In this document: piece after piece, positions 1-13,200 of the stretch
Layout: the number at the start of each line of letters is the position of its first letter
Position numbering within the stretch: the first letter of the stretch is position 1
Origin: Antedon mediterranea
Taxonomy: Eukaryota; Animalia; Echinodermata
DNA length: 64,000 nt
Direction of reading: 5' to 3'
NCBI RefSeq assembly: GCF_964355755.1
Contig: NC_092672.1
Span: 35,718,437 to 35,782,436 of the forward strand
Notes under the pieces: generated by a model
What the model saw: only the letters and a program-made list of their open reading frames with translations
Told to the model about the DNA's origin: nothing
Database searches by the model: none
Translations under genes and position numbers: made by a program

Positions 1-166
1 TTGAAATTAAGATAAGGGAGGTGAGAGAGTGTGTACAATCTTTTTCAAGGTGGCTTCCTCGTTTTTTATTTGTTGTTTGTTGACCGTTATATTTGTGACC
101 ATATGTTAATATGAATTATTATTTCCACTGGATGACTAAGAATGAAAAAAAAGTCACTCAATTCAC

Positions 167-3100
167 CTTCCGACCATCCTGAGGTAACGGCATCCTATTT
201 TATCCATGACCATTCCAATAGGAAATGTAAGGCCGCTTAGTAAAAACGATCCCACTGTGAATGCAAGGTTTAACTTCTCGTCTTGCTCCCGACACCCTAT
301 TACATATATATCAATATCAGATTGCATGGTTGTTACTGGTGTTGATGCCGCCGTAGTCGTCGTATAATCCGTATATATATATGTCCCATTTTCCCAATAT
401 GTACTGGTTTCTGTTGTATTTTCATTGTCCATTAGTGTTTCGTCTCCTTGGGAAAAAACAAGAATTTATAAATTTTAGGTCATAACATTTCAATAATTGA
501 TGATTGATACATACAAATATGAAAAAAATTACAGAGGGTGGATGGAAAAGATGTGATACGTGCACGAGTGTGTACCTGGCTGGGTCACACTAATCGGTTT
601 GAAAGGTCAAGTGAATTTTGGATTACCCCTCTAATCTTTTTAATATTATTGCACTCTTTCGGACACTCAACCTTTTTATGCACAATCTATCATTTCCTTT
701 CTTCTTTCTTTTCCAATATGTTTTTATCTTATTTATTTTTCTTCAAAATGTTGACATACATTGTCAGGGCCGTAGCCAGCATGAGGCAGATGAGTCGCTC
801 GCCTCATCTGTAATTGTTAATTTTCGCCACCCACCCCAATTCCCCTGCACAGATCGTCATATTTTATATAAATAGTTATATTTTTTTGCCTCATCTGTTT
901 TTAACCTCTCGCTATGGCCTTGATCGTATTGTTTTTCATACTTAATTTAATTTTTTTTTAAATAATAATTAATATTACAATAGATCCATGAATTTAGAAT
1001 CTCTGAAACCTGTAGCAAAGTCTAGAGCCACTTATTAATGCATTTGATTGTGTTTCATTAAACAGTGTTTGTCTATTCTTGTCTAATAATAATATGCAAG
1101 AATCAATGCAATAAATACACATTGAATAACCAATGATCCAACACATAAATAATTAAGGGTAATCAGTTGTAATAATTGTTGTATAACAAATATTATACAG
1201 CAACTAGATTTTCTTTGTTTTCCTTTTTATCCCCAAAATGTGTAATAATATAGTAGGCTCCACCACTTGTCAAAAAGACTGGCATCCATGAAATACCAAT
1301 AATGTTTTTTTATTAACACAAATTTATATTTATAGAAATTTTAATGTATTTAAATGTTTAATAAATTATAACATTACTTTTAAGTACAGAGCAATGATTC
1401 TAGAATTGGCTGAGCTCAGGTGATTTTCAAGCCATCTGATTGGCTGGTTTCATGTATGATAAGTAAACTTTAATGATATGCTGTTGCTAAGCATAAACAG
1501 CTGCAGCTTGGTAATTGTCATCTAAATACTGCAAGCTGATTGGTCACGAAAGGGGGTGTGTATAGAAGGGGTTGAAGTAGAGAGTTAATAAGCTTAAGGT
1601 ATCCCTGAGGTATAACATTTCATGGAAAACTCATGTATATTTTAAAGAATAATAAAACACAGCAAGGCTTGTTTTTTTCTATCAAGGGTTTTAAAAGCTG
1701 CATTATTTCATTTGCAGAATAAAAATTATAAAGTTATTTAGAAATTCTATTTTTATTTTTAAAGAAACAAACACATTTTACTTATCTCAATCACTAAACA
1801 AAAACATAGAACTGAAAATATATTTGAAGAATTGAATACTCTTTTGATGACGACAGAATACTGCACTCTGATTGGCTACTGTATGTATTGTCTGTTAATG
1901 AGGGTATCATTTTAGCTTTTTTCCCAGGTCAGCTTTAGAAACAGCTGATCGGTTGATGCCTTGGTGGTGCCTGGTCATTTGTTTTGAAATTTAAAGACCT
2001 TTTTTAAGTAAGAATGAATTGGAAAATAAAATATATATTAGGTATAATAGTATTCAGTCAATCTAAACCATCGCGATTACTTTATCAAGATTAAATTTCA
2101 GTATATGAAAAATGGATGAAAGACAAAGGAATACTATATCTAACAATTGATGCTTTTTCTTTCTTCGAATGCACCTATGTACAATCCTACCAGTCAAATA
2201 CAAAGCCCTATACATAATACATGTATTCTATAATCTACATACAAAAATAAAATAAACCAAAAGATGGCCTTGACTTTGATCTTTCCTGATACAGTTTTAA
2301 ACACAAATAAGGTCAGCCTAACCTCTGTATATCCTCTGTTTATGGGCTTGTCCACTACAAGTGGAAAAATAACAACAGAAAAGTTGGCAAACGTTTCATA
2401 AAACATGTTTTACTTTAATCCAACACAAAACAAATAGTCCAGTAAAATATCACCTTCACCATTGCATAACGTTAGTAGTCAACGAGATTCTCACCGTAGG
2501 TTCTAAACATTATGTAAAGATCATTTATTGATGTTGCGTCGCGTAAAAGTTGGGATTTGTGGAGAAAATGAAGTTTTTATACGCAGTTTTTGCTTCCTTT
2601 CGTCGTGGTTTGTTTTCATCGAAAAATGACGTCATGGGGCATAAGTGAATGACACGCCATTGTCGACATTTGCGTTCGTATTAAAAAGTGAATTTTAAAT
2701 GTACGAATATGGTATTAATTATCTGTATTACATTGTAATATTATGTATCGCATATATAACAAGTCATTTTGATAAAAAATAAGTCAAATAAATATGAAAA
2801 ACAAAAGAAAATTGTGATTTTTGCATGTCATCTGAAGTGACCTTCCATACAATGTGATAGCGCCCTCTATAAGTATTGATACACTCCATAGTTGCCATTT
2901 CTGGCATTATTATGCTTTTTGGCATTATTTAGAGGCCCACGGCATCTGGCATAATGCCGCGGCATTATTTAGCCGTTTTTAGCATAATCTGGCATAATTT
3001 TGTGTTTTTTGAACAACCAAAAAAATAATATACCACAGAACAAAAATAAAATATTTTGTTTAATCTTGCAATTTAATACATATCACCTTACACAATATCA

Positions 3101-6100
3101 TATCGTACAAAACAGATCTGTTCGGATTTTCCGTACAATAGCTCTTCCATCCTTTTGTTTCGGACTTAAATAGACTCTTCGGATAGGAAGGCTGCTCGAA
3201 AACTACCGTGTGTGCGATATAGGCAGCACAACAAATCCGAAGAGGCTAGCTATTGGCCAATTATGTTGCTCTATTTCAGAGACCATGCAGGTTATTGGAT
3301 CCCCAGATATAGAGACAATTGAACGAAAACATTATGAAAGGGGTTTTGTTGTTTCAGTTCATAATTATAAGTGGCCGCACCCCTACCCCAACCCTTGAAA
3401 TGGCAATTTCCAGTAACTAATTAGAAGCTCTAATTTTAAAAAGAATTTCTTCTAGGAGAATTTGTTTTCCATATTTCAAATTATGTTCCATTTGCATCGT
3501 CGTAGCAACCCTATTTTTCCAAATGTTCTTCACCTCTCAGCCCCAGTAGTGACCATGTGGGCGAGGTAATTTTTATTTAAAATTAAGTGCCATTTCCGCC
3601 CATCGAGCAGCTCTATTTTTCCATTTTTTTGTACCTCAGCCCCAACCATGGTGGGGCTGAGGTCATGGAGACACTTAATATATATTTTTATTTCCTATTT
3701 TAAATTATAATTGCCATTTTCAAAACTATGATGGGCTAAGATCCTGGAGGTACTAATAAATATATTTTTATTTCATATTTGAAATTAAGTGCCATTTCCG
3801 CCTATTGAGCAGCTCTATTTTTCCAAATTTTCTTACCTCAGCACCAGCCACGAGCTGAGGTCCTGGAGACACTTAATATATATTTTTATTTCCTATTTTA
3901 AATTATAATTGCCATTTTCGAACTATGGTGGGCTAAGATCCTGGAGGTACTAATAAATATATTTTTATTTCATATCTGAAATTAAGTGCCCTTTCCGGCC
4001 ATCGAGCAGCTCTATTTTCCAAATGTTTGTACCTCAGTCCCAACCATGGTGGGGCTGGTCCTGGAGACACTTAATATATATTTTGATTTCCTATTTTCAA
4101 TTATAATTATTGCCATTTTTTAACTATGGTGGGCTAAGATCCTGGAGACACTAATAAATATATTTTTATTTCATATTTTAAATTAAGTGGCATTTCCGGC
4201 CATCAGCATTTTTCAAAATTTTCTTATCAACCATTGTGGGGCTGAGGTCCTGGAGACACTTAATATATATTTTTATTTCCTATTTTAAATTATAATTGCC
4301 ATTTTCTAATTATGGTGGGCTAAGATCCTTTCATATTTGAAATTAAGTGCAAAGATCGAGCAGCTCTCATATTTCAGCTCAAAAATTCTAAATTTCCATG
4401 GCTGTAACAGGTTTTTTTGGGGGTGGGGGGGGGGGGGAGAAGGGTTCGTGGGTTGGTGTTTGTGTCATTTGCAATTACCATTTTCGCACCCCAGATATTT
4501 TTAGAATTATTAGTAAAATACAATTTTTGAACGACATAGGGATACAATTTAGGCCCTATTTTGTGTCAGTTGGGGTTTTACAAACGTTTATTAGACATAC
4601 AACCGTTGGTGGCGCTCTTTAGGGCCACATTTTGGGGATCTGGCATTATTTTTCCCAATCTGGCATTATTTGAGACAGGATACGGCATAATTTAAATTTT
4701 ATCGCTGGCAACGCTGATACACTCGCACTTCAAACTGCAAGCTTTTTGTTGTTATAAATTCATTCATTCAGAAATACAATTTAAGGAAGGAATCGAATCA
4801 AGGGCATTATTACTTGGTTTACTATATATTTATGATGTTTTCCCCAAAAATAATTACTAGTATGTACATTTTGCGAATTGTAGATGTACCGGCGGTATGA
4901 AATTAAAAAAAGCTGTTTACGCGGTCTGTAGCCTAACGATATAATAATAATTATATGTATAAAATAATTGTTACTTTTTTCTGATAAATCAGTATGAATA
5001 ATAATGTTTACTTTGCGCTGCTTTAAGCACCATATTTTAAAAAAAGAAACAAATTGATTTAAGCTTACTTTTTGTCACGTTTTCGGTAATTAATCGTCTT
5101 CTTCGCTCTCACTATCTGATTCGTCACTGTTCTCATCATCCGATTCTGTTGGAAGAGGCCCCAGCAAATCGTTATCGCCAACGCACCATCCGTTATTGTC
5201 TTGAGGTTTCGGCAACTCTTAAATCGGCGTTAGTGCGAGCTTCCAGATCATGACTTGATAGTTCGATCGTGCGTCGTATATGTTGATGCAAGCATCTACG
5301 CGACGGTGGAAAGTTAGCTAAATCAATGTTTTTTAACACTGATTATCCGTCTTTTTCCTTGCATTTCCTGCGAAGAAAGTAAAATCTAAGTTCATCGGTA
5401 CTCCTTGATTTCGATCGGGATCCAGCGATGTTTTTTTTTTATATTGTTACATTTTGTTTCGTCCATTATTGCAAAAGTCCTATTCGATACAGGCAGTGGC
5501 AGGAATTGACGAATAACCAATCTCACAGTTTAGCCACTGAAATCACCCCAAGTCGATGTAATGCCATTCTAGGGCTGCATGCGTTCACAAAGTGCAGCAC
5601 GACCAGCGCTTTCAAGGGAAAAGGAAAATTAAAGGCCATTAAACTTGTCGAAAAATATCCAAAATTTGAAGAGGTTTTCAAGAAAGTAGGAGAAAGTTGG
5701 AAAGGAGAAGAAGAGTTAATGTTGGAACTGGAATAGTTCACGTGCCTGTTATTATATGGATTCCGTTTGAAAGCAAGGCGTAGGCCTACCGATGAACTTA
5801 GATTTGACTTTTTTCGCAGGAAATGCAAGAAAAAAAACCCGGAATAATCAGTGTTAAAAAAACATTGATTTAAAAATTAGCTAACTTTCCACCGTCGCGT
5901 AGATGCTTGCATCAACATATACAACGCACGATGATCGAACTATCAAGTCAGGATCTGTGGAGGCTCGCACTCTAACACCGATTTTACGAGTTGCCGAAAC
6001 CCCAAGACAATAACGGATGGTGCGTTGGTGATAACGATTTGCTGGGGCCTTTGTGGTTTGAAAGCGAGATTCTTCCAACAGAATTGAACGAGCGATTGCT

Positions 6101-9100
6101 GAGAACGACTCCTTTAACTCGGATGATGAGAACAGTGACGAATCAGATAGTGAGAGCGAAGAAGACAATTAATTACCAAAAACGTGACAAAAAATAGGCT
6201 TAAATCAATTTGTTTCTTTTCTTTTTTAATAGGGTGCTTAAAGCAGCGCTAAGTAAACATATTCATACTGATTTATCAGAAAAAAAGTAACAATTATTTT
6301 ATACATATAATTATTATTATATCGTTAGGCTACAGACCGCGTAAACAGCTTTTTTTAATTTCATACCGCCGGTACATCTACAATTCGCAAAATGTACATA
6401 CTAGTAATTATTTTTGGGGAAAACATCATAAATATATAATAAACCAAGTAATAATGCCCTTGATTCGATTCCTTCCTTAAATTGTATTTCTGAATGAATG
6501 AATATAACAACAAAAAGCTTGCAGTTTGAAGTGCGAGTGTATCAATACTTATAGAGGGCGCTATCACATTGTATGGAAGGTCACTTCAGATGACATGCAA
6601 AAATCACAATTTTCCTTTGTTTTTCATATTTATTTGACTTATTTTTTATCAAAATGACTTGTTATATATGTGATACATAATAATACAATGTAATACAGAT
6701 AATTAATACCATATTCGTACATTTAAAATTCACTTTTTAATACGAACGCAAATGTCGACAATGGCGTGTCATTCACTTATGCCCCATGACGTCATTTTCC
6801 GATGAAAACAAACCACGACGAAAGGAAGCAAAAACTGCGTATAAAAACTTCATTTTCTCTACAAATCCCAACTTTTACGTGACGCAACATCAATAAATGA
6901 TCTTTACATAATGTTTAGAACCTACGGTGAGAATCTCGTTGACTACTAACGTTATGCAATGGTGAAGGTGATATTTTACTGGACTAAAAGGAAGGATGAA
7001 ATTAATCATATTTACCAGTTATTCTATGTGAAAATATTTAAACTTGGCACTTTGGTGACTTACTGTTATCATCCAAGATATAGTACCGGAGGAAGGAGGA
7101 GATGAAGTTTTTGAATTCCTTCTAAAATCTATTTCATTGAACCGGTTGTTGGACAACCTGTAGCCACCAAGATATTTATAGTGATTGATTTTTTCCAGGA
7201 AAATGGAAAAAAAAACTTGCTAATCTAGGCTAAGATTGAAAAAGGCAAAAAAAAAAGGAGGAGGGGTGAGAATGGTGTTTGTTTCCTCTTTCTATTACAT
7301 ACTGTAGGCCTACACATCTGATTAGAACGAAACAAACTTGTATTAACAACAGTCCATGGCCAAAATTTATATTGAGAACACAATTTTGGTCAGGCAAACA
7401 CAGAAGAAGGAAGACCCTTGATTTTATACACATGATCCAGGTGTTATATAATCACTTCCATATCAAACATCGCAAAAACAAATATTATTGTCAAACATTA
7501 TTTTGGCAACCGTCTACCTCACGTTTTAAGACTATTGTCTTATTTACACCTAAAACACCTTGGGATTGGAAGGCAAGCACATTTTCTATAGTGTAAACAG
7601 AGCTTAATTAAAATTAAGCTCTGTCTACACTATCAAACTTTATGTGACAAAAAGATGTCATGTGGCCATATATGGACATGATGATGTCAATCACTACCAT
7701 ATTTGGGCATACACTACCATATATGGGCATATCATACTTTTTTTGTCAATGTCAAACTAGACAGAGCTTTAGAGTGTAAGAAACACACCTAGTTAATTAT
7801 ACAATATATACAATCAAATCATATCAGTGGCGGATCTAGGATCTGACGAGGGGGGGTGGCCACGAAAGTGGCAAACGAGGTGCGTAGCACCGAGCGGGGG
7901 AGGGTTTGGGAGGGGGTATCCCCCTTTTGAGGCTCCGAAAATTTTTGAAAAAATAGATGCTTACACACTGTTTAATAGGCTAGAGAAACTGTTTCCATCA
8001 CACTTAATAACAAATATTATTATTACATAATGTAAATTTAAATACATCCTTCCTAAATACTGTACGGATCTTTTTCGACGAACTAATAATAAACTTTGAT
8101 CGAAAAACCTTCAAACAAAATGAACATTTTGGTAATGCGGTACTCCGAAAATGCCTCGATAGAGTGCATGTGTTGTGTACCGTGTTTTGGTGGTCTGTTA
8201 ACCTCAGAGATATATACCCTACAGCCGGGTGAATAAATCAATGTAATTTGGTATACAATGATCGCAGTAATCGCCGTGTCTATAACACAAATCAAAAAAC
8301 GCCAAATACGCCACATACTTTTTTCGGCCGTCCCGTGTACATACAAGACATTTCATGTTTATTTTATGCCTATAAAATAATAAAAGAACACCATGTTTCT
8401 CGTTTATTTTTATCGTTTATACTGCATACCATAATATTATACAAAAAACTTTCATGCGCGAGAAAAAAGTTCCCGATATTACGCTCCACTAAGCAGGGGT
8501 GTAAATATGCCACGCTAACGCTTGTGCACACACGGACCAGGGCGGCGGAAATTAACAACTGCAATGGAAAATGGTGTATTTTGGAGAGTGATGACGTCAG
8601 CATTCACACGAGGAGCGAGCTTGACAACGTGACGCTGGTAGTTTTAGGAGTGCGTGTGTTTTAAAAATGGGTATTTTCCGAAGATTGTAAATCGTGTTTC
8701 TTTTTAAACTCTTGAATTCATAATAGTAATTGAACTCTTAGCTCTTTCACTGTGTAGGCCTATTTACACACAACTATTAATGCTAACCCTAGCTACTCTA
8801 GTAGGGCCTACCTAGGCCTACTCTTCTTAATTAAAAGATTAATCCACGTCTAGCGACGGTCAATCGCGATTAGGTTGCATCTTTTTTTTTTTTTTTTTGA
8901 GAATTAAGGGGGGTGGCTAGCCACCCTATTCACCCCCCCTAGATCCGCCACTGCATATATAATAATAAAAGTAAGGGTTGCCGGACGCATTTTCAAAACA
9001 AAATAAAGTGATGGGTTTTTTGGGGTTTTTTCTCTTGTTATGCACATCCATCAATTAGTATTTTTATATGCAGAGGTATTTACTAAAAAGTGAAAAGAGT

Positions 9101-11092
9101 GGAACTGTTTGGCCGATAAGGTCATAGTTTAGAATGCCCACGGTGGTTTCTAATCATGATGATAGTTGATTTTCGTTTATTATCAATTTTTTATTTGATT
9201 CAAATATAAATCAACAGGCCAGTGGCGTAACGTAAAGGCCTGAGGCCCCTGGTTTAGGAACTCTTGGGTGTTTTTAGCCTTTTTCGACATATTTTAATGC
9301 CTGTTTTTTCCTCTGGTCACTGCTCAGGGGCCCCTGGGTTTAGCCAATGAACGCTCTGCGCTCATAGTTGTTACACAACTGTAACAGGCACAAAACAATT
9401 TAAAATACTGTACAAGTACAGAACTTTGTTCAATAGTCTCAATTGTTATGAGAAACCGTAATTCTTATATGCAGAATCTAAACAGTAAATTCTTAATACT
9501 TATCCACCCACACATAACAACTAAAGCTTATTTAGTTCGAACAGATGTTTATAATAAGTTGTGAATTTTAATGACTGTCTTATTAAAAATTACGAGAGAA
9601 TAATTTGAATCAATTTAACTGAAACTTCTTACATTTCTTAAGATGACTTAAACTTTTGATTGAAAATGGATTTAATAAATAAATTTAATAAATCTTAAAT
9701 GGAAATTGAGAAAGGTTCCTAATAATATTCACTCCTCTATTTGTTCCTGACTGAACCCAGCCCTTTGTCTAACCTCTTCTCGTATGATTATAGCTTTATA
9801 TTTTCGTGTTTTTTTTTAATATTGCATTATATTTAGTTTTAAAACATTTAGTAATGGAATTTTTCGATTTGTAACAACTGTATAGGCAGAATATTCAAAG
9901 GGTTGTTCAACTCGGCACTAAATTTTGAAAAATACAATGCAAAATAGGACGTGGTTTAGCAATCCTGAATCCGCCACTGTACGTATTATCTTGTAGTTCA
10001 AATATGATAATTTTAAGATAATACTCCTTATCCTATGCACTTTCAAAAGGACTATACCGGAATTCCTCCATAATCAGAAAAATAAACTAAAGACAACAAG
10101 ATACTTTTGATAAACATTTCAGACTTTGCTTGTTATCGATTAACAAATATGTACTTTCCATATCTCTTGTCAAGATTTGATGGAAGGCCTTTGGGGTTAT
10201 TTGGTACCTTACTTACAAAAGGTCAAAGATCACATGTTTTCTCCTTTTTACAATCACTATTTTCAGAAACACTGGCGACATATTTGATCGATCGATGTTG
10301 AAGAGTGTTGGTTTCAATGTCTTCACTGACATGGTCTCATCACAACTTAACTAGTCAGGTATTAACACCTGATATTAAATTTCACAACTGAAATTCACAC
10401 CGGAGTAGTGTTTAATCTATAATCGTTTATTTCCAATTAAGCGTAGGGCACCTACAATACTAATTTGCTATAGGACTAAAAGTAACCAGATTTATTTTAA
10501 AAATTACAGTAGGACCCTCCTTTGGGACACCTCTATCCAGAGGACACCCCTATCCAGGGGACATCCCTATTCAGCCGACACCCCTATGAAAAGGAAACCT
10601 CTATTTCAGAGGACAACCCTATTCAGAGGACACTCAAATTCAGAGGGGATACCTCTATTCAGGGGACACCCTTGCCGGGGAAAAGTTCTGCCCATACTAA
10701 TACACTTTCCAATGAAACTGAATGACAGGAAATATCTGTGCACAGTAGGCTATAGTCAATAATAATCCCTATATTCAGGGGGACGCTTTTAATAACATGA
10801 CTTATTGTTGGGTCTTGTACATAATGTCCATTTCTATTCACGGCCAACCTTTAGTAACAAAAACTTCATTAATGATATTGATTATCAATTTTTCATCTTG
10901 ATTGATTTTTGATGATTAAACGAGCAAACACTTACCTCCTTCACAGAGATAAAAATAAAATCTTTCTTTCTTTAGGACCAGTAAAAGAGAACTCCATCCC
11001 AAAAGGACGGCTGAAAAAAATAAGTTCTCAAACACCATGGTGACCACGAGCCACAACCGCCTGCGTTGGGCTGTTTGCAGTGAGGGAGCCAT
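167..11092 (-). CDS. SLC43A2: Large neutral amino acid transporter LAT3/LAT4 (SLC43A1/2 family), first two coding exons; gene continues beyond window start
   Basis: Coding exon 11092-10936 gives [52 protein letters not shown], closely matching the vertebrate SLC43A2 N-terminus (MAPTLATAHRRRWW...[12 protein letters not shown]). It splices in phase (GT-AG) to exon 446-167 (...[21 protein letters not shown]...[12 protein letters not shown]). Paralog assignment (A1 vs A2) is not resolvable by eye. Confidence 0.9.
765..922. mobile_element. Small hAT-like MITE
   Basis: Imperfect TIR CAGGGCCGTAGC / GCTATGGCCTTG with internal repeats of GCCTCATCTG; flanks ATTGT / ATCGT (possible 5-bp TSD, 1 mismatch). 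Confidence 0.5.
2887..4716. mobile_element. Non-autonomous hAT/P-type element nested in the left arm of the Academ-like element
   Basis: Perfect 8-bp TSD ATACACTC (2879-2886, 4717-4724). TIR CATAGTTGCCA / TGGCAACGCTG, subterminal GGCAT(T/A)AT repeats at both ends, and internal tandem repeats. The right arm shows the uninterrupted empty site. Confidence 0.85.
3520..4375. repeat. Internal tandem array with ~60-bp subunits in ~180-190-bp higher-order units
   Basis: Recurrent GTCCTGGAGACACTTAATATATATTTTT, CTATGGTGGGCTAAGATCCTGGAG and CATCGAGCAGCTCTATTTT blocks. Confidence 0.85.
5470..6180 (+). pseudogene. Degenerate C-terminal fragment of an Academ-type XPG/FEN1-like nuclease-containing transposase protein
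   Basis: [21 protein letters not shown] resembles the H3TH-type HAFTGCD..S.F.GKGK motif. It is followed, across stops and frameshifts, by FPP...LHQHI.R..NYQ...W...P..NGW and an acidic tail. Confidence 0.7.
7617..7769. mobile_element. PIF/Harbinger-type MITE (family A; ~20 copies in window)
   Basis: TIR AGCTCTGTCTACACTATCAAACT, TWA-like flanks, internal CATATCACTACCATATTTGGG repeats. Other copies at approx. 17412-17549, 19384-19481, 22131-22270, 23974-24175, 25890-25971, 26050-26096, 29498-29636, 29746-29846, 31625-31794, 32646-32784, 33598-33735, 35992-36115, 38693-38816, 38967-39110, 40637-40760, 47618-47760, 49653-49807, 52099-52200 and 58690-58822. Confidence 0.8.
7825..8953. mobile_element. 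Non-autonomous hAT-like element with 5-bp TSD (hAT5-like)
   Basis: Perfect 16-bp TIR CAGTGGCGGATCTAGG, flanked by CATAT on both sides (7820-7824, 8954-8958); no credible ORF inside. Confidence 0.8.
9220..9381. mobile_element. hAT-type MITE (family B)
   Basis: TIR CAGTGGCGTAAC / GTTACACAACTG, GAGGCCCCTGG subterminal motifs, 8-bp TSD CAACAGGC / TAACAGGC. Confidence 0.75.
10507..10850. mobile_element. Tc1/mariner (pogo/Tigger-like) MITE remnant
   Basis: Begins TA|CAGTAGGACCCTC with tandem GGACACCCCTATTCAG subterminal repeats; related fragments at ~22040-22320, 28370-28480 and 48390-48540. Confidence 0.55.
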
Positions 11093-13067
11093 CTTGGAAT
11101 TCTGTCGTTTTGTGCACTTGTTACAAAAATATATAGCACCTACAAAATAAATGAAGATAAAAAATTAATTAAAATACAGATTTTGTAGTCAACTCAAAAC
11201 TTCATTACTTTCCACGGAGTTTTCAATGATTGGTGAATGATCAGTAACTGACTTATGATAAGCAAATTGTGAACCTCTATTGGTTTGTGTTACTGGATGT
11301 ACTATGATGGCCATTGAAAGACTGATTTGTGGACTATGATATATTTTAGTATTACTTGTTTGGACTGTGTTATACTATGTGTTTACATATTTACTATTAT
11401 ATTTATGTCAACTTCATCACTGCTTACTTGATGCAATAAAGGAAATAAATAATAATAATAAATAATAAAATATTAAGTGGAGTTAATGCCAACACTGTGG
11501 TAAGAATGCACAGAACTTTAAATTGTAAATTAAATATATTAATTTTTTTATACAAATGTAGTTTCTAGAAACTTTTAGTTTAGTAGTTGGTATCAAAATA
11601 TGATAATTTATTATTAATTCCTGAACAAAACATATGGTGCCAATTTAATTTTTATTCTCAAATTAAAAAATAATAATTAGTATAAAAAATTATAATAAAA
11701 GTACAGTAAAAAGCATGTAATTAAATAGTACAATTCTTCCTTTAAAACTGAAAATATAACAGAAAACTTACTGCTCAAGACAACAAATTCAAGTCTAGAC
11801 TTGAATTCACAGCGCTCTACTTTATAAACTACCTCACCGAATATACAATAATTTAATGAATGCTGTTTGCGTGCTCTACTCATGTTCTCTGTGGTGATGA
11901 TGCAATGCAACGTTTTTATGAATGAACACAGACAAAGTGTTCAGAAAGCAATCAGTAATTTTATCCATGGATTGGATAGTTTATTAATCCTTGTAAAGTT
12001 CAAGATCAGATCAACATTTGGCATACACAGCCGGCCTTTGCTGGATTAGTGAGGATATAAATGGAGATTATACCAAAGCAAAGGGAAGCATAGATTTTTA
12101 GAAGATTATATAATTCGGTCTGCTGACAGAATTCATTTGTTTTGTTTGTAGGCCTAGTGTACATTTTACCGCCCTGATTTCTGCTGATTCTGTTCCAACT
12201 TTGTCTGCTGTCTAACCTTGATTGGAATGAATTAAGTCCTTCCGAATATTTAGTATATTGTTTCAATGTTATTTATAATTGTATTGTCTAGGATCAAAAT
12301 AAATAGGTATAGATAGGTCTTGGTAAATGACAAAAATATTGTGGGGTGTTTTTTTTTCGGTGGGTGGGGTAGGGAGGGGATTATTGATATCAATTTTGTA
12401 ATTGGTAAAAATATAAATTTACATAGATTTTAGGCTATAGTTTATATAATAATATATTAATAGTAAATAAAAAGAATAATTTTTTTTTTAAATCAAAATT
12501 GTTGTATTGTATACTGTTGGAAAATATACACTAAAAAAACTTCAATATAGAAAGTGAATGTGCTATACGTCTTAACATAATATTATAATAATTAATTAGA
12601 ATAGAATAGGGACGATAAGGAAGTCAATGACCTTATGCCATCGTACGATGTTTACGACTTCAATTGCGTAATAGAAATTTATAATGTTACACCATTTGGT
12701 AGAGTACGCGCGATTACCTTGCCCACGCATTGTGTTTAAACACTCCGATTGAAAAGGGATATTTTTGGTAAATTTTAAAGTCTATTTATTATAGGCCTAT
12801 ATAGACAGTCGGCCTTGGGGAGATGATCACGTGATTTCCAGGAACCAGAGCATGTTTCACGATCTCCGATATTTAAAAAAAAAACATTTTTATCATAGTA
12901 GTAGATACCTGTACATGTACTTAGCCTAGCTAGGCCTAGGCCTAGAACACTTGTTTAAAAATACTGTATGCTACGTCTCTAGGGTAAAATAATGTTTGTA
13001 GACATGCGGTTGATGACTTCTCTTGAGAGCATGAGAATTCATTCCTCATAAATCAAGTAAAATTCAC

Positions 13068-13200
13068 CCGGTGTTTCTGACGGTGTATCTCACGTGCGTT
13101 GTGAATGAAAACACGCACTTATCTCTATCTGCATGTGAAGAGACCGCTCTTCCGTCGTCGTGACGTGCACGCGCAAATAAAAACAAAGGGGATGGTGGTG
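13068..13200 (-). promoter_or_regulatory. Candidate non-coding first exon/promoter of the SLC43 gene
   Basis: CpG-rich stretch with a minus-strand donor (G|GTGAAT) at 13067 and a TAGGCCTAGG cluster ~120 bp into the putative intron. The first coding exon has an acceptor at 11140, so an upstream exon is expected. Confidence 0.35.

Larger units (their letters stand above)
2435..6986. mobile_element. Non-autonomous foldback Academ-like DNA transposon
   Basis: TAGTCC...GGACTA termini, flanking AAA 3-bp direct repeat (2432-2434, 6987-6989), ~1.2-kb inverted arms (2435-2886 plus 4725-~5420 versus ~5760-6986), and an internal XPG-like coding remnant. YR termini, a 3-4 bp TSD and an XPG domain are the known Academ hallmarks. 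Confidence 0.75.

Noticed and set aside
8782-8792. Telomerase-template-like CTAACCCTA
   Set aside because: Isolated short match inside a DNA transposon, with no supporting structure seen.
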